A DNA stretch of 20,000 nucleotides from positions 53,631-73,630 of IMG/VR virus record IMGVR_UViG_3300001680_000191, one strand, 5' to 3'. Under the pieces are notes generated by a model that was not told the origin of the DNA, made no database searches, and saw nothing but the letters and a program-made list of their open reading frames with translations. This document shows, piece after piece, positions 13,984 to 19,893 of the stretch. This DNA is from an uncultured virus (IMG/VR IMGVR_UViG_3300001680_000191) (taxonomy: Duplodnaviria; Heunggongvirae; Uroviricota; Caudoviricetes). Numbering within the stretch: position 1 is the stretch's first letter; each line of letters begins with the position of its first letter. A program made the translations under genes and the position numbers.

Positions 13984-15207
13984 ATGGCCGATAAGCCCTT
14001 CAATCTCAACATGCACACCGCTCGCCTTCTGATGCGCGAGCCCTTCTTTGCTGCGCTCTCGCGGCGGATCGACAAGATCGCCTCGACCGCGATCCCGACT
14101 GCCGGTGTGCGGGTCAACCCCGACTCCGCTCAGTTTGAACTTCTGTATAACCCGGAGTTTTTCGCGCAGCTTAGCGACGATCACAAGTTGGGCGTTTTGA
14201 AGCATGAGTTTTACCACTTGATCTTTGAGCACGTAACCAGCCGCAAGCCAGCCGATGGCTTGAAGCGGATCGATAACATCGCTATGGATCTGGCGATCAA
14301 CTGCCACATTTCCAACGAGTTGCCCAACGAAGCAAATCCCGGTCCAACCATCGGCAAAGAGCCGATGCAAGCATGCATCCCCGGTGAAGGCATATTCAAG
14401 GATCTGCCGTCGTTCAAGTCTTACGAGTGGTATCTTGAAGCCCTTAAAAAGATGCAAGAGGATCAGGACGAAGGCGACGGCGAAGGTGGCGAAGGCTCCG
14501 GCGATCCCTTCGGTGACGCTGACTCGCTCGATGACCATGACGGCTTCGGTGAAGTCGATGGCACAACTGAGGAAATCGCCAAGGAGCGCATGAAAGAAAC
14601 GCTCAAGAAAGCCGCAGAGGAAGCGGAGAAAGCACGCAACTGGGGTACAGTATCCTCGTCCATGCGTCAGGATATTCTTGATCGCATCCAGACCAAGATC
14701 GATTGGCGCAAGGTTCTCCGCTACTTCGTTAAAACTTCTCAGCGCGCAGACAAGCGTTCGACGCCTCGCCGCCTGAACAAGCGTTATCCGCGCATCCATC
14801 CGGGCAAGCGTGTCCGTCGCCAAGCCAAGATCGCGATCAGCATTGATCAATCTGGATCGGTCGATGATCAGATGCTTGCCGCGTTCTTCTCCGAGTTGAA
14901 CAAGCTGGCTGAGATTGCCGAGTTTACCGTGATCCCCTTCGATACCGTTGTGGCCGAGAGCAAGATATACACATGGAAAAAAGGACAGAGCAAAAAGACC
15001 GAGCGTGTGATGCGCGGAGGTACATGCTTCAACGCGCCAACCAAATACGTCAACGAACGTGGATTTGATGGTCACATCGTTTTGACAGACCTGTGTGCCC
15101 CGAAGCCCGTTGCATCCAAGTGCCAACGCATGTGGATGACTACGGCGACGTATGCTGCTCGCCCCTACTTTTCAACTAACGAACGTATCATAGCTATCGA
15201 CGCTTAG
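13984..15207 (+). CDS. Putative metallopeptidase domain plus VWA-like domain protein (DUF2201-type)
   Basis: HEFYH (HEXXH), NIAMDLAIN, acidic Gly-rich linker, MIDAS DQSGS, GGT and LTD motifs. Confidence 0.9.
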   Translation: MADKPFNLNMHTARLLMREPFFAALSRRIDKIASTAIPTAGVRVNPDSAQFELLYNPEFFAQLSDDHKLGVLKHEFYHLIFEHVTSRKPADGLKRIDNIAMDLAINCHISNELPNEANPGPTIGKEPMQACIPGEGIFKDLPSFKSYEWYLEALKKMQEDQDEGDGEGGEGSGDPFGDADSLDDHDGFGEVDGTTEEIAKERMKETLKKAAEEAEKARNWGTVSSSMRQDILDRIQTKIDWRKVLRYFVKTSQRADKRSTPRRLNKRYPRIHPGKRVRRQAKIAISIDQSGSVDDQMLAAFFSELNKLAEIAEFTVIPFDTVVAESKIYTWKKGQSKKTERVMRGGTCFNAPTKYVNERGFDGHIVLTDLCAPKPVASKCQRMWMTTATYAARPYFSTNERIIAIDA

Positions 15208-15240
15208 GGTGCGTTAAACTTCCCCGGACATGGAGTAAAA

Positions 15241-15567
15241 ATGTCATTCTCAGGACCGAGACTAAAAAACGATGGTGTCATCAAAGCATGGCAGAATGGG
15301 CTAAGTGCCCGTAATCACAGGCATTCTTTGGCTTCGATCTCAGACGAGAGCGGCCGAGCCGAGTTGTATAGCTACGACTTAAAGATCGGAGAGCGCACAC
15401 CTGCCGGTGTCATGGTCATCGCTGACTTCACTGCGCCGGCCAAGGGCTTTCATTCTATGACAACTTCTTGTCATGTGAACCTTGCCAAATGCAAGACGGG
15501 CAACCCTGTGATCATGCATCCGAGGGTGTGGGAGTGTTCACCGTTGAGCGAAACGAAGCCTTTTTGA
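15241..15567 (+). CDS. Hypothetical protein (108 aa)
   Basis: GGAG SD; abuts next gene. Confidence 0.8.
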   Translation: MSFSGPRLKNDGVIKAWQNGLSARNHRHSLASISDESGRAELYSYDLKIGERTPAGVMVIADFTAPAKGFHSMTTSCHVNLAKCKTGNPVIMHPRVWECSPLSETKPF

Positions 15568-15771
15568 ATGAGCAAGTTTAAGCCCGGTGATCTGGTGAGG
15601 ATCAAAGATAATACACATCAGGTTGAAATACCCGATCATCGGGTCGGTTTGATCATGGAAGTAGGTGAGACTTCAAAATCCTACACCAAGGCTTACACGG
15701 TTGTTTTTTTGGGGACAGACGTGCGGTTAAAGTTTCACGAAATCTTCTTAGAACACTTTACATCCTCTTGA
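15568..15771 (+). CDS. MKVGDLV-family micro-protein (67 aa)
   Basis: KFKPGDLVRIK...VGLIMEV...YTVVF...FLEHF. Confidence 0.85.
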   Translation: MSKFKPGDLVRIKDNTHQVEIPDHRVGLIMEVGETSKSYTKAYTVVFLGTDVRLKFHEIFLEHFTSS

Positions 15772-15811
15772 CATTTTTAACCTTGACGATAGCCCCATTC
15801 GCGGTTATATT
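15757..15811 (+). promoter_or_regulatory. Sigma70-type promoter with two upstream boxes
   Basis: TTTAC 15757, TTGAC 15768; TTGACG 15783-N17-TATATT 15806; conserved leader. Confidence 0.85.
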
Positions 15812-15837
15812 ATAGGTATAGAAAGGAGAAAAAATCT

Positions 15838-16032
15838 ATGCTTACCCTTCCGCTCATTCGCACCGACGACGATTCTAACCTGACCACCATCGAGCGTACA
15901 GCCGTGGGATGCGAGCAGGTGATCACCGCTTTGCTGATGGCAGCAACGATGGGTGATCCCCGTTTGAACGACCAAGAGCGCGAGGTTCTTACAACCCTGA
16001 GCGTGGCCACCATCGTACCAGCGGAGGCATAG
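15838..16032 (+). CDS. Hypothetical protein (64 aa)
   Basis: AAAGGAG SD after promoter. Confidence 0.75.
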   Translation: MLTLPLIRTDDDSNLTTIERTAVGCEQVITALLMAATMGDPRLNDQEREVLTTLSVATIVPAEA

Positions 16033-16033
16033 A

Positions 16034-16351
16034 ATGGATCTGCCTATCGTTGTCAGCATGAATCCGATGCTCTACACTGATCGATCCGGTCAGAAGTGGG
16101 CGGTATCCGGCGAGCATTGGGTGGAAGTGCCTGATGCGCTGACTCTCGACGAGGTTGGCAAGTATATGATCGTGGAGCAGCGTGAAACACCCGCTGTATC
16201 GCGTGACGTTCGCTCCTGGCAGGTTCAAGGCAGCAAGGGGAATACCTACACTGTAACCGACAACGGAGGAACGTGGACCTGTACGTGTCCCGGTTTCGGC
16301 TGGCGTCGAAAGTGTAAGCACGTGGAGGCTCAGAAAAATGAAAGTCGGTGA
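16034..16351 (+). CDS. SWIM zinc-finger protein (105 aa)
   Basis: GSKGNTYTV...WTCTCPGFGWRRKCKHV matches CxC-xn-CxH; GGAGG SD. Confidence 0.88.
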   Translation: MDLPIVVSMNPMLYTDRSGQKWAVSGEHWVEVPDALTLDEVGKYMIVEQRETPAVSRDVRSWQVQGSKGNTYTVTDNGGTWTCTCPGFGWRRKCKHVEAQKNESR

Positions 16352-16505
16352 TCTGATCAGACCAAAGCGAAATCCGGGCTGCGTTGCGGTGGTATTGAAT
16401 ATCGCCGCGATGGGGTTCTTGCGGGTCAAAGTGTTGGTCGTTGGGTCAACCACGCCCGAAACCTGCGACCCGAGAATGTGGGAGGTCATCTATGAAAGTC
16501 GGTGA
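16338..16505 (+). CDS. MKVGDLV-family micro-protein (55 aa)
   Basis: Hand translation MKVGDLIRPKRNPGCVAVVL...WEVIYESR. Confidence 0.85.
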   Translation: MKVGDLIRPKRNPGCVAVVLNIAAMGFLRVKVLVVGSTTPETCDPRMWEVIYESR

Positions 16506-16695
16506 TTTGTATAGATTTGAAGGAACCGTGTCCATGCGCCTGTATGGGCGGCTGGCCGTTTATCTCGGTGAGGCTTTTATTCACTTTGACGATGGCTCGA
16601 CCATCGAGAACCATCAAGTTTTGCTGGTCGGAGAGGCAACCCCGACGATCATTGATCGTGGAGTTTTGAAATGGATGAACAGGATAACAGCATGA
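16492..16695 (+). CDS. MKVGDLV-family micro-protein (67 aa)
   Basis: GGAGG SD, ATG 16492 MKVGDLYRF. Confidence 0.85.
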   Translation: MKVGDLYRFEGTVSMRLYGRLAVYLGEAFIHFDDGSTIENHQVLLVGEATPTIIDRGVLKWMNRITA

Positions 16696-16850
16696 AAGTT
16701 GGCGCATTGGTGGAGTTTCGGGGTTATCACGGGTTGATACTTGAGATCGGTGAAGATGATCGGGACGGTCAAGTATTTGTCGGATGGTTTGGATTGTTGC
16801 CGGAATGGGACAACCCCAAGATATTGAAGGTTATCAATGAAAGTCGGTGA
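16692..16850 (+). CDS. MKVGDLV-family micro-protein (52 aa), close paralog of 18298..18447
   Basis: Hand translation MKVGALVEFRGYHGLILEIGEDDRDGQVFVGWFGLLPEWDNPKILKVINESR. Confidence 0.88.
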   Translation: MKVGALVEFRGYHGLILEIGEDDRDGQVFVGWFGLLPEWDNPKILKVINESR

Positions 16851-17016
16851 TCTGGTATGCCTGTGTCCGGTCGCCTATCCCGACACGATTGGCGTGGTTA
16901 CGCAGATCCTTATCCGGGATCAGTATGGCGATCCTCTGGATATAAAAGTGCTGCACAACGGTCAGATCGACCAATGGGAAGCAGACGAAGCGGCGGTGAT
17001 CAGTGAAAATCGGTGA
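16837..17016 (+). CDS. MKVGDLV-family micro-protein (59 aa)
   Basis: Hand translation MKVGDLVCLC...IGVVTQI...KVLHNG...AVISENR. Confidence 0.85.
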   Translation: MKVGDLVCLCPVAYPDTIGVVTQILIRDQYGDPLDIKVLHNGQIDQWEADEAAVISENR

Positions 17017-17179
17017 CTTGGTAAAAACCGTTATTGAAAATCCAAGTGTTCACACACAACGCCCTTTCCTCGTAACAGAGAAAATGAGCGTCATAGGGGT
17101 AAGTTGGATCAAACTGCTTGGGTTTCCCGATTGGTTTCGCGCAGAAGAATGGATGGTGCTCAGTGCGATGTACTCTTAA
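17003..17179 (+). CDS. MKVGDLV-family micro-protein (58 aa)
   Basis: Hand translation MKIGDLVKTV...FLVTEK...WIKLLG...WMVLSAMYS. Confidence 0.85.
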   Translation: MKIGDLVKTVIENPSVHTQRPFLVTEKMSVIGVSWIKLLGFPDWFRAEEWMVLSAMYS

Positions 17180-17360
17180 TGGTATTTATGTCGGCGATCT
17201 TGTCACGTATAGCTCTCCGGCAATCACCGGCAACTTTGCCGGTCTTGTCACCGAAGTTGGCTCATGGCAAGGCAACGCCGACGTTAAAGTATTGTGGACG
17301 CATGAAAATGAGCCCATCACACAGAAAAGCAGTCATCTGAAGCTCTTGACAAACGCTTGA
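17163..17360 (+). CDS. MKVGDLV-family micro-protein (65 aa)
   Basis: GTG 17163; IYVGDLVTY...GLVTEV...VKVLW...HLKLL. Confidence 0.8.
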   Translation: MRCTLNGIYVGDLVTYSSPAITGNFAGLVTEVGSWQGNADVKVLWTHENEPITQKSSHLKLLTNA

Positions 17361-17400
17361 CAGCTTAAACCTTGACAGTCACCCCTTCCAATGCTATAAT
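17346..17400 (+). promoter_or_regulatory. Sigma70-type promoter with two upstream boxes
   Basis: TTGAC 17346, 17357; perfect TTGACA 17372-N17-TATAAT 17395; conserved leader. Confidence 0.9.
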
Positions 17401-17424
17401 ATAGGTATAGAAAAGGAAAAAACT

Positions 17425-17538
17425 ATGTTTCAAAACCGTAACGGCATGATGGCCGGTCTTATTATCGCTGATCTTACCTGCTGGTCTGGTCTTATTTTCC
17501 TCGCCTTTAAGTGGGCAGCTTGCACATGCGGAGCATAA
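17425..17538 (+). CDS. Small hydrophobic peptide (37 aa)
   Basis: Hand translation MFQNRNGMMAGLIIADLTCWSGLIFLAFKWAACTCGA; first ORF after promoter and AAAGGA SD. Confidence 0.65.
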   Translation: MFQNRNGMMAGLIIADLTCWSGLIFLAFKWAACTCGA

Positions 17539-17539
17539 A

Positions 17540-17740
17540 ATGAACATTGATTTGACACACGACGAGATCATCCTTTTGCTCGATTCAATGGCCGGCCGAA
17601 TGGACGATCTAAATACTTGCGCCATGTTTGGCGATGGCACCACTATCGGCGGCGAACTCGCGGATTTGGATGAGCTTATCGAGAAACTTTCTGACGCATT
17701 AAACCAAAATATCACCGACTTGGAGGTTGCAAGTGCCTGA
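17540..17740 (+). CDS. Acidic, probably helical hypothetical protein (66 aa)
   Basis: GGAG SD; Leu/Asp/Glu-rich. Confidence 0.8.
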   Translation: MNIDLTHDEIILLLDSMAGRMDDLNTCAMFGDGTTIGGELADLDELIEKLSDALNQNITDLEVASA

Positions 17741-18161
17741 TGATTTGAAAACCGTGATGCTGACAGAGCGAGAAGTTGATCTGGTCCTCCAATGTATCTT
17801 TTCCCAAATCGAAACCGTCAAGCGACGGCACCCGATGACCGGATCGACTGCTGATCTGATTCAAGAACTTGCTGAGATGGATATGGATATTCGTGAGCAA
17901 GCCTTTCGCGGATCTGACGGATTTGGCGGATCGGACGATGCCGAGCATCCCGATCTGCTCATGGATCCGGTTGAGTTTGCTGTGAAGCATGACGCGGAAA
18001 CGCAAATGTTTAATGCTGGTGTAGAAGCCCGCGAGCAAAAGAAGGCGACGAGCCGAGCACAAGACCGGCGCACCTTTAACACGCAGCGCCATCGCGATAG
18101 CAGACGCTCAGAGACTCAGACCCATGATGTGTGGGATGACTGCGACCCGAGGAACTGGTAA
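17733..18161 (+). CDS. Hypothetical protein (~142 aa)
   Basis: GGAGG at 17722 favours GTG 17733 over TTG 17727. Confidence 0.8.
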   Translation: MPDDLKTVMLTEREVDLVLQCIFSQIETVKRRHPMTGSTADLIQELAEMDMDIREQAFRGSDGFGGSDDAEHPDLLMDPVEFAVKHDAETQMFNAGVEAREQKKATSRAQDRRTFNTQRHRDSRRSETQTHDVWDDCDPRNW

Positions 18162-18165
18162 GTAT

Positions 18166-18297
18166 ATGAAACTATTGACTTTATTGGCTATGCTCTCGAC
18201 TCCCGGATCTGGTTCCGTCTTTGACGAGACGACGATCCGCTTGACTGCACCCATCGTCCTTGACGATTCCTTGACAACTCAAACCGTCCGAGGGTAG
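18166..18297 (+). CDS. Small hypothetical peptide (43 aa)
   Basis: Hand translation MKLLTLLAMLSTPGSGSVF...TVRG; fills the gap and its stop abuts ATG 18298. Confidence 0.5.
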   Translation: MKLLTLLAMLSTPGSGSVFDETTIRLTAPIVLDDSLTTQTVRG

Positions 18298-18447
18298 ATG
18301 AAAGTAGGTGATCTGGTTGAGTTTGCGGGCTTTCACGGGTTGATCCTTGAGATCGGATTTGATGATAGAGAGGGTCAGGTATTCGTTGGCTGGATCGGCT
18401 TATCGCCAGAATGGGATGACCCCCGCTTACTGAATGTGATAGAATGA
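18298..18447 (+). CDS. MKVGDLV-family micro-protein (49 aa), close paralog of 16692..16850
   Basis: Hand translation MKVGDLVEFAGFHGLILEIGFDDREGQVFVGWIGLSPEWDDPRLLNVIE. Confidence 0.88.
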   Translation: MKVGDLVEFAGFHGLILEIGFDDREGQVFVGWIGLSPEWDDPRLLNVIE

Positions 18448-18614
18448 AAGTCGGTGACTTGGTTCAGCGGAACCACTACAACCTCAAACGCGCCCCTGTG
18501 GGGATCGTCATCCGGCGCGCCCTCACGCTACCGAGCGACTGGTGGATCGTGGAGTGGGCTGCCGATGGCCGGCGCGAGACTATAAGAGCAGAACACTTAA
18601 AACTTGTCTACTGA
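18444..18614 (+). CDS. MKVGDLV-family micro-protein (56 aa)
   Basis: Hand translation MKVGDLVQRN...VGIVI...IVEWAADG...HLKLVY. Confidence 0.88.
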   Translation: MKVGDLVQRNHYNLKRAPVGIVIRRALTLPSDWWIVEWAADGRRETIRAEHLKLVY

Positions 18615-18665
18615 CATTCACTTGACAACTTAGTTGTTGACTTACCCCCGTTTTAATGGTATAAT
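18611..18665 (+). promoter_or_regulatory. Sigma70-type promoter with two upstream boxes
   Basis: CTGAC 18611, TTGAC 18622; TTGACT 18637-N17-TATAAT 18660. Confidence 0.88.
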
Positions 18666-18692
18666 GGTTATACCAAGTAAGGAGAAACCATC

Positions 18693-18914
18693 ATGGCTTC
18701 AAACATTCCGACCGTCATCCTTTTCGCAGACGCATGCGATACCTTCATCACCGAGATCCTTCCGATGATCCAAGAAAAGTTCGAGCAGGACGGTCAACCT
18801 GACTGGCCAGCGCGCCGCGAGGCTTGGAACGACTGGGTTGATGGACTGAGCCAAGACGGACAGATCAGCGAGTGGCAAGCGAACAACTGGGGTCACCCAG
18901 CTTGCAACGGCTGA
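18693..18914 (+). CDS. Trp-rich hypothetical protein (73 aa)
   Basis: TAAGGAG SD; DWPARREAWNDWVDGL...WQANNW. Confidence 0.85.
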   Translation: MASNIPTVILFADACDTFITEILPMIQEKFEQDGQPDWPARREAWNDWVDGLSQDGQISEWQANNWGHPACNG

Positions 18915-18965
18915 CATTCACTTGACAACTTAGGTGTTGACAGCACCCCCTTTTAATGGTATAAT
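18911..18965 (+). promoter_or_regulatory. Sigma70-type promoter with two upstream boxes, near-copy of 18611..18665
   Basis: CTGAC 18911, TTGAC 18922; TTGACA 18937-N17-TATAAT 18960; conserved leader. Confidence 0.9.
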
Positions 18966-18989
18966 ATAGGTATAGAAAAGGAAAAAACT

Positions 18990-19391
18990 ATGACCACGAC
19001 ATTCAGCCTCGACCAACTTACTGACTCTAACGGCGATTATCGCTATCGCGCCGATCCGATGATCAACAACATCGAGATTATCTCAAACCGCAAAAAGGTC
19101 TATCGCCCGCAGCCCAAACCCCCGACGCGCAAGCAGCTTACAGGCTGGACCGTCGAGCAAGTGGGTCCGAAGATGTGGCGCGTGTTTCGCAACTCGACCA
19201 CACAAGGCAAGCAAGCGATCATGGACTACAATACGCCCGAAGGCGCGCAGTCGTTTGCCGATGGTTGCAACGGGGAGCACAAAAACCCCACCAAGATGAG
19301 CGCCGCGAGCCTCCGCAACAAGAACAAAGAGCACTTGACCGACGAAGATAAAGCTGATTTGGCTGCGCTGGCCAATGGCGAGGGTATCTAA
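18990..19391 (+). CDS. Hypothetical protein (133 aa)
   Basis: AAAGGA SD after promoter. Confidence 0.85.
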   Translation: MTTTFSLDQLTDSNGDYRYRADPMINNIEIISNRKKVYRPQPKPPTRKQLTGWTVEQVGPKMWRVFRNSTTQGKQAIMDYNTPEGAQSFADGCNGEHKNPTKMSAASLRNKNKEHLTDEDKADLAALANGEGI

Positions 19392-19715
19392 ATGAAATAC
19401 TACATATCACAGACAATCGTGGAAATGGTTGACGGTCGCTTGATCGGTCGTGAGGTAGTGTTGACCCGCGCTGATTCAAGAGTAAAAGACAGCGACGGTA
19501 CAAGGTATAAGAATGTCAAGTTATTCATGCACAAGATGAGAGCAATAGGTATCGAGAACCTTCATATTAACAAGTATGAAAAGAAGCGATACAACAGATT
19601 GATCCGCGAGCAGAATAAGAGGCATAAAGTTAAACAGTTAACAATGGCTGATTTAGCTAAAATGACCGAACAGGCTGACAAAGAACTATCAGATAATCAC
19701 GTAGGAGGTGAATAG
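19392..19715 (+). CDS. Basic hypothetical protein (107 aa)
   Basis: Abuts upstream stop; GAGGG SD. Confidence 0.75.
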   Translation: MKYYISQTIVEMVDGRLIGREVVLTRADSRVKDSDGTRYKNVKLFMHKMRAIGIENLHINKYEKKRYNRLIREQNKRHKVKQLTMADLAKMTEQADKELSDNHVGGE

Positions 19716-19893
19716 AATGGAGTTTCTTATTATGGTGGCGGTTGGAGCATCCGCCGCATTTATTGTTATGGCGATCCATGAGATTGCAACGGAGGTCCGA
19801 GGCATGCGTTCCGTGCTGGAGACACACTATCAGTTAGAGCGTGTGCCCGTAAGATCCGAGAACCCTTATAAAAGGAAGGGTGTGGACCTATAA
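19708..19893 (+). CDS. Small membrane-anchored protein (61 aa; ATG 19717 is an alternative start)
   Basis: AGGAGG upstream; FLIMVAVGASAAFIVMAI hydrophobic stretch. Confidence 0.7.
   Translation: MNRMEFLIMVAVGASAAFIVMAIHEIATEVRGMRSVLETHYQLERVPVRSENPYKRKGVDL

Larger units (their letters stand above)
16338..17360 (+). repeat. Array of 6 overlapping micro-genes with junction repeats
   Basis: Starts at 16338, 16492, 16692, 16837, 17003, 17163. Confidence 0.85.

Noticed and set aside
13912..15126. 404-aa minus-strand ORF
   Set aside because: It is the antisense shadow of the VWA/peptidase gene, which has clear motifs, a promoter and an SD.
3766..16707. Minus-strand ORFs sharing a T[RK]SPTF or QITYFH motif
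   Set aside because: These are the reverse complement of the junction repeat. All promoters and SDs found face the + strand.
17346..17377. Upstream TTGACA boxes as -35 elements of independent overlapping promoters
   Set aside because: No -10-like hexamer lies 16-18 bp downstream of box1 or box2 here. Only the third hexamer has a TATAAT partner.
4851..18447. Diversity-generating retroelement template/variable repeat pairs
   Set aside because: Paralog differences include indels and changes at all bases rather than adenine-specific ones, and there is no reverse transcriptase in the window.
3652..18614. Stop-codon recoding or sequencing frameshifts fragmenting one long repeat protein
   Set aside because: Successive units change frame in both directions, each has its own start and most have an SD, and the long genes read through normally in the standard code.
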